From: a virus
DNA length: 64,000 bases
IMG/VR virus record: IMGVR_UViG_3300045988_104111
Span: 18,282-82,281 of that record
Reading direction: 5' to 3' (one strand)
Shown here: piece after piece, positions 8,659 to 17,520 of the stretch
Layout: the number at the start of each line of letters is the position of its first letter
Position numbering within the stretch: the stretch's first letter is position 1
Program-made: the position numbers and the translations under genes
Notes under the pieces: generated by a model
What the model was told of the DNA's origin: nothing
Seen by the model: only the letters and a program-made list of their open reading frames with translations
Databases searched by the model: none

Positions 8659-10268
8659 TTAAAATATTCACTCCAATCAATTTCATTTTCATTTGGTTTA
8701 TCAATAATTTCATATCGCTCAATGATTGCTTGTGGCTTAATCTGACCATTATATTCATTCAATCCAAGTGATACTACAACCTCTACGGATTTACCTTGAG
8801 CAGATTCAAATTGACTTACTTCTTCATTACTAACAAAGAATTTAATAAACTCAATGCCATCCTGAACCAGTTTGACAGTAGTTGAACGATTACGATATAC
8901 ATAAATCTGAGGAGATGTTAAAGTACAATGAAATAACGGTTTGTTTACATCCTTGCCCCATAGGATATTATTTTCTACACATAGATTTGTAAGATTGCGT
9001 GTGATATTATTAGGCTTGATCTGAGCCGCCACCTCAATATCTGGCTCTACGTCCAAATCAAGTCCATCTAAGAATCGCGCAAATCGCTTTAGGTTGGACT
9101 TCTTCACGCTGATACCAGCAGCCGCGCTATGCCCTTGACATTTGGCCAATCCTGATTTATTAATAGTCTCAAGCAAATCAATAGGACTGCGCATCGAGCC
9201 AGACCATGTTGTGCTGTTTAGCTCTCTCAGTAGGAACGTGGGCTTGTTGTATTTGCCACAAAATTTATTGGCTACAAGCCCTAAATAAGATTTATTCTCA
9301 GGTTCGCCAAATCCGATAATAACCTTGTGAGACGTATCAAGTCCGTCTGATAGCTTATCTACTACTTTCTTTACCTGATAATCCTGCTTAGATTTTACGG
9401 CTTTCATGGCCTTTACAGCAGCTTCTGGCTCAATCTTGCCAATCAGCGCATCAAAAAATAGCCGTTTAGTAGACTGGTCATCACTACGAGCAAGCGCATT
9501 AGCAAGAGGCGCAATACCAAATGCCACACCCTCTGGATTAACGCCACGATTGCAACAATGCTCTAAGCAGTATTTGATGAATGGATTAGTTGGATTAGTT
9601 AATCCGTCATATACATATTTGCGGTTCTCAGGTGAATGCAAGCTGCAAATATCAGAGATTAGACTAACAGCTACCAAATCCTTGAAAGATTGCTTAAAGT
9701 CAAGCGCACAAGCAAATTTTTCTACAACGCCTGTGCCGCTAATGTCTGTATTGATATTCGGCGCATTGTCGGCTCGATACGGGTTGACTACAACGGCGTG
9801 TTGATTCTTTCGCTCAATGATATGGTGGTCAAGAACAAGACAAGTGCATTTATGCTGTTCCAGCTCTAAACAAGCGTCATTTTCATTAGAGCTTGAATCA
9901 GGCAAGATAAGAAAATCAATATGCGCATCAATAATATCTTGCATCAGGTCTTGTATACCATGCTGCTTTCCAGAATGGAATAGTACTACTGGTTCTTTCT
10001 TTCCAAATTCTTTACATAGCAAATATGCGATTGCCGCTGATAAGTTGCCATCTCCGTCAGAATCGGCAACGATGCCAATTTGAATATCGTCATTAGCATA
10101 CTTGAACATATCAACAGCCACATCCATATTCTTATACATATCAGGCGATTGATATTCAATATTATCTGGATTTAGATATGAGTCAATATCATCTATACCA
10201 CAAGCGGATAAATATGATTGAATGAATGTATTCTCGTCTATATTATTTAATAGTGGTGATATTTTCAA
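8655..10268 (-). CDS. recJ: RecJ-like single-stranded-DNA exonuclease (DHH family)
   Basis: DHH-family motifs VADSDGDGNLSAA, LVLDHH, and DHHA1-like GHSAAAGISV. Confidence 0.75.
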   Translation of the reverse strand: MKISPLLNNIDENTFIQSYLSACGIDDIDSYLNPDNIEYQSPDMYKNMDVAVDMFKYANDDIQIGIVADSDGDGNLSAAIAYLLCKEFGKKEPVVLFHSGKQHGIQDLMQDIIDAHIDFLILPDSSSNENDACLELEQHKCTCLVLDHHIIERKNQHAVVVNPYRADNAPNINTDISGTGVVEKFACALDFKQSFKDLVAVSLISDICSLHSPENRKYVYDGLTNPTNPFIKYCLEHCCNRGVNPEGVAFGIAPLANALARSDDQSTKRLFFDALIGKIEPEAAVKAMKAVKSKQDYQVKKVVDKLSDGLDTSHKVIIGFGEPENKSYLGLVANKFCGKYNKPTFLLRELNSTTWSGSMRSPIDLLETINKSGLAKCQGHSAAAGISVKKSNLKRFARFLDGLDLDVEPDIEVAAQIKPNNITRNLTNLCVENNILWGKDVNKPLFHCTLTSPQIYVYRNRSTTVKLVQDGIEFIKFFVSNEEVSQFESAQGKSVEVVVSLGLNEYNGQIKPQAIIERYEIIDKPNENEIDWSEYFN

Positions 10269-11040
10269 TACGTCCTAATGTCTCCTTTGTTATTTTAGTC
10301 ATTTCTATATGTGACACGTCAATATTTTCATTAAAATACGGTGAACATTCTTTGTAAAACAACTTGTGAGCATATTTATATAGTGCATCCGCATCTGCTT
10401 TATTCACATATCCTCCTAAATAATAATGAACTTCACAATATGTGATTTGAGCAATATATTTTTGCCACTTTTTATTAAAAGTTATTGGGTTTCTTATTCT
10501 ATTTGCTATATTTTCTCGTCTTGTTACAAGTCTTAAATTGATGGAAGTATTATTATCTACATTTCTATCCTTATGATCTATATCTTTCGATTTGTCTATA
10601 GCATCATTGTGAACATGCTCATATATAAAAGCGTGTAGTAAATAAAATTTTTTGTCACTTTTTATTTGAGTAGTCCAATATCCGTTCTTGCCCTTTTTCC
10701 AATAAAAATCTTTTACAAATGGTATAACTGACGTATCTATGATTGCATAATGTTGTCGAGATTTATCAAATAGATATGTTACATCTCCGTGTTCTTCATA
10801 ATAATTTTTACAATATCTTTTATTTTTGTTCTCTATAGAAGTTTCCCTTGCACGCTCTAACATTAAACAACCACAAGATTTCGTATGACCACATCTAAGC
10901 GTATCAGACCTTATTATCTTGATGTTTCCGCAATCGCACTGACATTTCCAGAGTGCAACATTCTTTCTATTACTGCCACATCTTTCCAATACAATCAATC
11001 TACCGAATCTTTGTCCGGTTAAGTCTATGGATTTACTCAT
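10243..11040 (-). CDS. HNH homing-endonuclease-like protein (free-standing)
   Basis: N-terminal Cys cluster WKCQCDCGN...CGHTKSCGCL. C-terminal IDHKDRNVDNNTSINLRLVTRRENIANR (HNH_3-type). No SD in front of the ATG. Confidence 0.75.
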   Translation of the reverse strand: MSKSIDLTGQRFGRLIVLERCGSNRKNVALWKCQCDCGNIKIIRSDTLRCGHTKSCGCLMLERARETSIENKNKRYCKNYYEEHGDVTYLFDKSRQHYAIIDTSVIPFVKDFYWKKGKNGYWTTQIKSDKKFYLLHAFIYEHVHNDAIDKSKDIDHKDRNVDNNTSINLRLVTRRENIANRIRNPITFNKKWQKYIAQITYCEVHYYLGGYVNKADADALYKYAHKLFYKECSPYFNENIDVSHIEMTKITKETLGRIENITTIK

Positions 11041-11138
11041 TTTTTATAACTATTCCCTTAAAAATGTGGCTTCATTAAGGGAATTAAGTAGTGGATGAAT
11101 TTTAATATAAAATCAACCTCCTTATTATTGATATAGTG

Positions 11139-11167
11139 ATTATATCATAAAGAGGTTGATTTGTCAA
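11139..11167 (-). promoter_or_regulatory. Sigma70-type promoter (TTGACA-17-TATAAT, extended TG)
   Basis: Minus strand reads cTTGACAaatcaacctctttaTGaTATAAT. -35 at 11162-11167, -10 at 11139-11144. Confidence 0.7.
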
Positions 11168-11178
11168 GTATTAAATTA

Positions 11179-11451
11179 TCAAATTTCTTCAACTAGCACA
11201 TATTCATCATCCCAAGTACTAATATAATACAGACCACCATGGTCAAGCCCAAGAAAATCAGTTTCGTTTTCTGTAAGCATCCTGACGTCCTCTGCGTCTC
11301 GATTGAGAAATTCTACCATAGAATCAATATCATCAATTCGAGCATTCTTGAACGATTCAACGTCCTTATATTCATCTCTGAGATGAGGATCGTCCTTAAA
11401 CAACATAAAAGCCTCCTCTACTTCCATGACATTGAGCGTGATTTTCTTCAT
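11179..11451 (-). CDS. Hypothetical acidic protein
   Basis: ATG at 11451 is preceded by ttGGAGGattataat. The longer ORF-track start would read through the promoter region. Confidence 0.5.
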   Translation of the reverse strand: MKKITLNVMEVEEAFMLFKDDPHLRDEYKDVESFKNARIDDIDSMVEFLNRDAEDVRMLTENETDFLGLDHGGLYYISTWDDEYVLVEEI

Positions 11452-11494
11452 ATTATAATCCTCCAAATATATATTAGCCGGTTGGCTTAAATAT

Positions 11495-11523
11495 AGAATA
11501 GCACAAAAACATTGATTTGTCAA
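11495..11523 (-). promoter_or_regulatory. Sigma70-type promoter (TTGACA-17-TATTCT)
   Basis: Minus strand reads cTTGACAaatcaatgtttttgtgcTATTCT. Weaker -10 than the others. Confidence 0.45.
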
Positions 11524-11533
11524 GTATTATTTT

Positions 11534-11725
11534 TTACCTAAAAATTGTGCCATCCCAAGGCTTATATTCATAGCCGCAACGAGGACAATAATTAGCCTCA
11601 ACTAGCTCATAGTGATAACCACATCTAGCACAAACACTATACCATGAGCCATTTGTATTATATCTGTGTTTCCATTTTAGCCTTGTTTCATATAGTGGCT
11701 TATATTTACCATATTTTCTCTGCAT
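11534..11725 (-). CDS. Small zinc-ribbon protein
   Basis: CARCGY...CPRCGY pairs in 63 aa. Confidence 0.5.
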   Translation of the reverse strand: MQRKYGKYKPLYETRLKWKHRYNTNGSWYSVCARCGYHYELVEANYCPRCGYEYKPWDGTIFR

Positions 11726-11847
11726 TGCTCAGTACATTCAAATAGCTCTTTAGTAGCCCAACATTCTATCCTAACTACAGTGCGCTCTTTGCCATCCACA
11801 TATCGTTGATACCGGCATTCATGTGCATATTTACATTCGCTTTTCAT
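11677..11847 (-). CDS. Small Cys-rich hypothetical protein
   Basis: ATG at 11847. Translation is MKSECKYAHECRYQRYVDGKERTVVRIECWATKELFECTEQC.... It overlaps the next ORF and is below the ORF-track cutoff. Confidence 0.3.
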   Translation of the reverse strand: MKSECKYAHECRYQRYVDGKERTVVRIECWATKELFECTEQCRENMVNISHYMKQG

Positions 11848-11851
11848 AACA

Positions 11852-12328
11852 TTATCTCTCTTTCATAAATGCCATCCAATGTGTTTTCTGCAATTTACCA
11901 GATTTATGTCCGTACATTGGCTCGTATCCAATAACTCGAATTATTTTTGATACAGGAATGTCCGTTTCGTTCCATTTGAAAATTAGCGTTCCATTTGGCT
12001 TTAAGACCCTCATACATTCAGAGAATCCATCGTGTAGCGTCTTTTCCCAATCCTCTTTAAGTACACCATATTTCTTTGCCATCCATGAATTTTCTCCAAG
12101 TGTAATCATGTGTGGAGGGTCAAATACAACGTGCCAAAAAGTATTATCATCAAATGGTAAATTAGTAAAATCAGTAATAATGTCTGGTTTGATAATTAGT
12201 TTGCGCCCATCACATAGATTAGTATTTAACTCTCTACAATCACAAAATTCAACATCTGGATTATTTTTATCAAACCAGAACATCTTACTTCCGCAACATG
12301 GGTCTAATACCCTTTTTTCTGTTCTCAT
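11852..12328 (-). CDS. SAM-dependent methyltransferase (probable DNA MTase)
   Basis: DPCCGS (motif I-like), VVFDPPH (DPPH, motif IV-like), LKPNGTLIFKW. ATGA overlap with the primase stop. Confidence 0.6.
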   Translation of the reverse strand: MRTEKRVLDPCCGSKMFWFDKNNPDVEFCDCRELNTNLCDGRKLIIKPDIITDFTNLPFDDNTFWHVVFDPPHMITLGENSWMAKKYGVLKEDWEKTLHDGFSECMRVLKPNGTLIFKWNETDIPVSKIIRVIGYEPMYGHKSGKLQKTHWMAFMKER

Positions 12329-13377
12329 ACTCTTACCCTACTTTCCCATAATTTCATAGCTTGCTCATATGGTAGGTCCATCATATTGCATTTATACATA
12401 TCGTAGCCTTGATTATTATAGATTATGTTGACTGAAAAATACGGCTTTAGCTTAGCCGCTAATTTCTTCATCTTAACAACAAAGAACTTAAATTCATCAT
12501 CACCTACTTGCTTATAGTCGCTATCAAATGCTATAACTACATCATTCACACCAAGCTCTAGCAATAGCTGTATATGTTGCTTGCTTATATTAGAGCCAAA
12601 GACGGCTAGAGAATTATGCAAATTGTAGCTCGGCGCTTTTAGCACCGACTTTTCACTCTCAAATAGCACTACTTGACGTGACTTTTCAATAGCGGATTTA
12701 TTTTGGTCATAGCCATATAGACAAGCAGATGATGGGAATTTTAATACTGTCCCATCTAATGTGCATATTGGTCTATATTTGCCTTTAACTATATCCTGCT
12801 CTCTTGTATATCTCCCCCTTACGCCTACTAGTTGTCCATTAAACACAACAGGTATGGAAATACACGCCTGACGCGCATACCATCCTATACCAAATTTATC
12901 AAGTGTATCTGCTGAAATGCCGTAATCCAGCCATTCTTGCAGATATAAATGGTCAAATAGAGATAATATGGACTTGTCATATGTCAAGAGCTTATCTGTC
13001 TCTGGCTCGGCATTAGGTAAAAAGCGGCGTAATTCAGCCCAATTATCAATCTGTTCATTTTGCTCTATTTGCCCTACTTGTAGATGCAGGACAGAACATA
13101 TATATGAGACAGCTTGATTGAAGTCAAGATGTTTGACGTGCTGAACTAAACCAATAGCATCCGTATGCAATCCGCATACCCAACAATGGAATACTTGCCG
13201 CTCTTGGTTAAACCATAATTTGGGGCGGTGATTTATAGCATCTGCCCCATGGTGACATATACTTGGAAATATTAGATTATTGCTATCAGCCTTCATCAAT
13301 GGCGCACCCATAGCATCCATTAGCTCTATGATACGGTCGTCGGTTAATTGGGATTTAAGAGATGTAATGTCAATCAT
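12325..13377 (-). CDS. dnaG: DnaG-type DNA primase
   Basis: CHC2 zinc-finger region FHCWVCGLHTDAIGLVQHV. TOPRIM-like VVLFESEKSVLK and VVIAFDSDY. ATG at 13377 forms an ATGA overlap with the dnaB stop. Confidence 0.75.
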   Translation of the reverse strand: MIDITSLKSQLTDDRIIELMDAMGAPLMKADSNNLIFPSICHHGADAINHRPKLWFNQERQVFHCWVCGLHTDAIGLVQHVKHLDFNQAVSYICSVLHLQVGQIEQNEQIDNWAELRRFLPNAEPETDKLLTYDKSILSLFDHLYLQEWLDYGISADTLDKFGIGWYARQACISIPVVFNGQLVGVRGRYTREQDIVKGKYRPICTLDGTVLKFPSSACLYGYDQNKSAIEKSRQVVLFESEKSVLKAPSYNLHNSLAVFGSNISKQHIQLLLELGVNDVVIAFDSDYKQVGDDEFKFFVVKMKKLAAKLKPYFSVNIIYNNQGYDMYKCNMMDLPYEQAMKLWESRVRV

Positions 13378-14846
13378 TTTGCATATATCAACCTTGTTCT
13401 TTGAAGCTGTATTGGATTGTCGAACTTGCTCGTTACAAAACAATCCTTTGTTCGTCCAGTATTCAAATCAAGATGAAAATATATTTTAATACCCTGTTCA
13501 ACTTGAGAGAACCGCATTTTATAAATATGCAGTATGCGATTTGGTTTTGTTTTATCAGGATATTTTTCCATCATCATATCAGCTATTTCTTGCTCTTTAC
13601 GGCGCAACGGCATAATTACGCCAGCTACATCAGCCTTGTTCTGAATTGCTCTTGAACCAGCTGCAACACCGCTATCCATAATTTCCTGTGTCATAGCATT
13701 AGCATTGACCTGAGTAAATGTCAAGACGGCTATATTATATTCAACAGCCAAATCTTTGAGCTTACTTGCTATACCAGATAGCACTTGATCTGAACGAGTA
13801 GACACGCCATTCTTTTTAGCCAAATCGCTTGATACAGATGATGATTCAACGATATAGTCATAACAAAGATAGCCTACATTTTTGTTTACAACATAATCCT
13901 TTACATACGATTCAATCAAATCAACAGTATAATTAGGCATGGTGACGATATATAGCTTAGATTCATGTAGAATTTTAATAGCCTCATCTACACGTTCTTC
14001 TTCGCCTTCTTCATATCGCCCATTCAAGATGCTAAAGCATGGTACGCCGCTAATTGTAGCCACAATCTTAGGCGTGATTTCAGTATCACCAGCCATCTCA
14101 AATTGGAGATATAGACCAGCTTTATGCTGATAACATGGATTATCTACATATTGCCCTTTGTCCATATCATATATTTTAGGACAACATACTTGTACAAGGT
14201 TGGCTAAGCCGATAGTTGACTTGCCTACACCTGATCCGACTGAATAGATGGATAACTGCCCCGGAATCCAACCCCTAGCAGCTGTGTTCAAATATTCGCT
14301 AAAGGTCGTTGCGCCGAATAGCGGCTCTGCCTTAAAGCCCTCTTTAATCGCTTCAAATCCGTCGCCAGCTTTTAGCTCATCTATATCTTTATCTTTGTAG
14401 AATTGCTTTTTTATAGCTATCTGCTGTGCGTCAAAATATTGTACTATGTCCTCTATTGTCGCTTTATTATCTTGTTCAAATTTATCTATGTTGTATCCAA
14501 CTGTCTTGTATGAGCGAAGCAATGTAGCTCGTCGCGTGTTGTTGTAATAGACCTCAAAGTTCCCAACATTAGCAAGTTGCTTAACCGTATCAATAAAATC
14601 ATCTAATTGATTCAGCTTGAATATATCCTCTACTTGCTTATTGTTCTTACATAGCATATAGAGGTCTAGTGCGGATATGGATTCAGCGCCACGACGACTA
14701 AGAGCAACGCAGCCCTGCCACAATCTGAGATGAAAATCAACCGTGAAATCATCACGGCTTAGTGGGTATTTGTCAGAAATAGCAAGAGAGGGCTTGATTA
14801 GCAAACAACCCAATAGCAGCCTAACAGAATTTTGGTCATAGAGCAT
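13374..14846 (-). CDS. dnaB: DnaB-family replicative helicase
   Basis: DnaB-like N-terminal domain (SVRLLLGCLLIKPSL). Walker A is SVGSGVGKST. RecA-like C-terminal half. Sits next to the primase. Confidence 0.75.
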   Translation of the reverse strand: MLYDQNSVRLLLGCLLIKPSLAISDKYPLSRDDFTVDFHLRLWQGCVALSRRGAESISALDLYMLCKNNKQVEDIFKLNQLDDFIDTVKQLANVGNFEVYYNNTRRATLLRSYKTVGYNIDKFEQDNKATIEDIVQYFDAQQIAIKKQFYKDKDIDELKAGDGFEAIKEGFKAEPLFGATTFSEYLNTAARGWIPGQLSIYSVGSGVGKSTIGLANLVQVCCPKIYDMDKGQYVDNPCYQHKAGLYLQFEMAGDTEITPKIVATISGVPCFSILNGRYEEGEEERVDEAIKILHESKLYIVTMPNYTVDLIESYVKDYVVNKNVGYLCYDYIVESSSVSSDLAKKNGVSTRSDQVLSGIASKLKDLAVEYNIAVLTFTQVNANAMTQEIMDSGVAAGSRAIQNKADVAGVIMPLRRKEQEIADMMMEKYPDKTKPNRILHIYKMRFSQVEQGIKIYFHLDLNTGRTKDCFVTSKFDNPIQLQRTRLIYAK

Positions 14847-15328
14847 TACCCAAACACATCCTCCTCATCATTTCTTTTCACAATCGTCTCAACCCCATCT
14901 TCAGCTTGCCATTGCTGTATATTCTGTCTTACCTGATTTAGCCAAGTATAATATTTTTTGGCGCTGTCATATTTATATTTGACTAAACCAAGCGGCGATT
15001 TAGATATATCCAATCCTTGCTCTTTATGGATATATCTGATAGTATAAGCAATGCCGCCATATGTCATATCAGGATTATCTTTCATCAACTGAGCAAGCTG
15101 TATGCCCACAAGCCGCATATTAGCATCAGGGGCAATTTGGCGTATATAATCTAGCAACTTGCGCCTATCATCTTTTGATTCTGTCTTGGGCTTAGCGGTA
15201 TGAGCATTGATGTAATCTTGCTTACATTGCTCACAGCAGAAATAGAATTTAGGCTTATATTCGATTGCATCTTGTTTTGGCGTTGATTTACCGCATTGAC
15301 GGCATTTAATTGTAGATGACTTGCTCAT
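14846..15328 (-). CDS. Hypothetical zinc-ribbon protein upstream of dnaB (candidate loader/organiser)
   Basis: ATG at 15328 is preceded by AGGAGGttgtttt. Contains CRQCG...CCEQC. The functional guess rests on position only. Confidence 0.45.
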   Translation of the reverse strand: MSKSSTIKCRQCGKSTPKQDAIEYKPKFYFCCEQCKQDYINAHTAKPKTESKDDRRKLLDYIRQIAPDANMRLVGIQLAQLMKDNPDMTYGGIAYTIRYIHKEQGLDISKSPLGLVKYKYDSAKKYYTWLNQVRQNIQQWQAEDGVETIVKRNDEEDVFG

Positions 15329-15359
15329 AAAACAACCTCCTGTTTCATTTGTTGATTTG

Positions 15360-15388
15360 ATTATAGCATAAAAATAGGAGGTTGTCAA
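15360..15388 (-). promoter_or_regulatory. Sigma70-type promoter (TTGACA-17-TATAAT)
   Basis: Minus strand reads cTTGACAacctcctatttttatgcTATAAT. -35 at 15383-15388 overlaps the stop of the upstream gene. Confidence 0.7.
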
Positions 15389-16014
15389 GAAGAAATTATA
15401 TCATATTCTAACATCCACTTGTTAATTTCTTCTTTGCTCATAACTACATCTGTTCTCTTACAATCAACCACTCTAAGACCGCTAGGATTCGTTATGACCC
15501 GATTTTGCTCTATGCTATATCCTGCATCATATTCAAGCCGCAATCGGCATATACAGCCCTCACAGCCGTCAGGACGATTGATATTAAACACCCTAGGCGA
15601 ATCGCCGCATATATTCAAGAATCGGCTCGAATTAACCCATTGCCCATCCATTTCTATATTCATGCTATCAGGCGCATTATCTTCAACTATGCGACAATAT
15701 TGTACATTATAATACAATGATTTTTTCCATTCATTGATATTGCCTGATACCAATAGCCTAGTAGGCATATCAGATTTTTTCATTGTATAATAATGTTTAT
15801 TTTTGACATATATATAGCTGTCTACTCGTGGATGGGTATATTGCGCCACAGCCAACCATGATTTGATTTGCGGCTCATTCCATTTGCGGCTTAATGTTTG
15901 ATTCATGGTCAAGCATTGATTATTGGCGATGACGCTGAATTTGACTTTCATGTGGGTCTGATATATGTCAATTCGCAGCTCTTGCAGTTGAGCTACACAT
16001 AGAAATTTATTCAT
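15385..16014 (-). CDS. Hypothetical protein (coupled to radical-SAM gene)
   Basis: ORF track. Its start overlaps the stop of the 16011-17258 ORF. No motif recognised. Confidence 0.55.
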   Translation of the reverse strand: MNKFLCVAQLQELRIDIYQTHMKVKFSVIANNQCLTMNQTLSRKWNEPQIKSWLAVAQYTHPRVDSYIYVKNKHYYTMKKSDMPTRLLVSGNINEWKKSLYYNVQYCRIVEDNAPDSMNIEMDGQWVNSSRFLNICGDSPRVFNINRPDGCEGCICRLRLEYDAGYSIEQNRVITNPSGLRVVDCKRTDVVMSKEEINKWMLEYDIISS

Positions 16015-17258
16015 TTTTTAGACCATATACCAAAAGTCGCCATATCTTTTGGGATTAAATGAAAATAATCACTGTCTCCATTTTTTGAGACGAACTCATC
16101 ATAATATTTCCACGAAGCACCTCTTGCTGTTTCGCCATATTCTGCAAGATACCCTGTTATATTCTTTTTATACTTTTTATAGCCATCAGCCTTCATTCCT
16201 CTACATTTACAAAATTCTTCAAATGTAAATGTTTTGAAAAAAGATGGCTGATTGCACCACGCTGCAATAGTATCATATAATCCTCTATATGGAGATTTTT
16301 TATAATTTTCATGTCTCATAACATATGGGAAAGCAGAATATTTAGAGAGAATGAAAATGCGTTCAAATAGATCAATTATATCTTTGAGCCAAAAAACATC
16401 GTCATATTGATTTTCTCTATCAAAGCCACAAAAGCAATAAAATTTCATTTGTTTTTTCCAATTAGGGCAAGTTGAATATATTAAATTTAGTTTAGATTTA
16501 ATTAAGTCTTTATCCTCAATATTATCAAAAGCGAAGATAAGATCACTATCATATTTCCACGTTTGAATTTCTTCTATTTTTTCTTTGGTAAGCAATCTTT
16601 CATCAAGCCCTTGTTTGAATTGAAACCGTTTACCAGTCGATTTTACAGAATTTATAATATTACGCCAGTCAGGACAAGCAAAGAAATTATCGTCAAGAAA
16701 ACATAATTTAGGACGTGATATGTCTATAAATTCATCTAATGCAGAATGCGCACAGCATTTATTGTATATCTTATTAACACAAAACTGACATTGACGGAAA
16801 CAGCCTCTCGTCAAGAACCCAATAGAGTAATCGGTGTAATAAACAAATTCTTTTTGTTTTGCCCCATTAGCAATACAATTTGCAACCCATTCATCGTACA
16901 AATGATAATCTGGTAGACAATGTTCTATATTATCAGGAAGTTTTGGTGCTTTCTCGTAGAAAAATCCAGTTCCGCCATATTCTATTTTTGGGTTTTTTAA
17001 GAATGGATTGTTGGCATAATATTCTGCACAATTTGACTCAGTTTTTTCTATTGATTTGTCCTCCATAGGAATATCTGTCTTGACAAAAACTTTAGAAATA
17101 AACACTTTGTCAAATCGTTCAATATCTTCATATGATAAACACAACCTAACATTGTCTCTTTGCGATTTATACCATGACGATATTTTCATGCAAGCAAGAT
17201 TCGGAAATCTATGTTTAGTTTTCCCGATAATTTCAGCGTCAATAATACCAACGTTCAA
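16011..17258 (-). CDS. Radical SAM domain protein
   Basis: CxxxCxxC cluster motif in GFLTRGCFRQCQFCVNK. 415 aa. The N-terminal region (FPNLACMKISSWYK) resembles B12-binding-like radical-SAM N-domains. Confidence 0.65.
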   Translation of the reverse strand: MNVGIIDAEIIGKTKHRFPNLACMKISSWYKSQRDNVRLCLSYEDIERFDKVFISKVFVKTDIPMEDKSIEKTESNCAEYYANNPFLKNPKIEYGGTGFFYEKAPKLPDNIEHCLPDYHLYDEWVANCIANGAKQKEFVYYTDYSIGFLTRGCFRQCQFCVNKIYNKCCAHSALDEFIDISRPKLCFLDDNFFACPDWRNIINSVKSTGKRFQFKQGLDERLLTKEKIEEIQTWKYDSDLIFAFDNIEDKDLIKSKLNLIYSTCPNWKKQMKFYCFCGFDRENQYDDVFWLKDIIDLFERIFILSKYSAFPYVMRHENYKKSPYRGLYDTIAAWCNQPSFFKTFTFEEFCKCRGMKADGYKKYKKNITGYLAEYGETARGASWKYYDEFVSKNGDSDYFHLIPKDMATFGIWSKK

Positions 17259-17433
17259 ATCTCACACACCACCATTCCGTTATCTTGATATACGTTTTTA
17301 GCTTGCACATTATCAATCCAATCCCATCTATCGTCTTTGAGCTTTCCAAAATTTCTACAAACAACAAACCCTTTGCAAACAACCATCATTTGAATATTAT
17401 GAGGCAGTTCCATAAATACATCCCACACTGTCA
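17255..17433 (-). CDS. Small hypothetical protein, first gene of the radical-SAM operon
   Basis: ATG at 17433 is preceded by acGGAGGatacgcaat. Translation MTVWDVFMELPHNIQMMVVCKGF.... Its stop overlaps the radical-SAM start. Confidence 0.4.
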
Positions 17434-17465
17434 TATTGCGTATCCTCCGTTTATTTGATGGTTAT

Positions 17466-17494
17466 ATTATATAATAAAAAGGCGGGATTGTCAA
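17466..17494 (-). promoter_or_regulatory. Sigma70-type promoter (TTGACA-17-TATAAT)
   Basis: Minus strand reads cTTGACAatcccgcctttttattaTATAAT. The -35 lies in the loop of the terminator hairpin. Confidence 0.7.
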
Positions 17495-17503
17495 GCCCCC
17501 GCC
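17475..17503 (-). terminator. Rho-independent terminator after the SSB-like gene
   Basis: Minus strand GGCGGGggcttgacaatCCCGCC followed by TTTTTATTAT. Confidence 0.6.
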
Positions 17504-17520
17504 TTTAATATTTTTATAGA

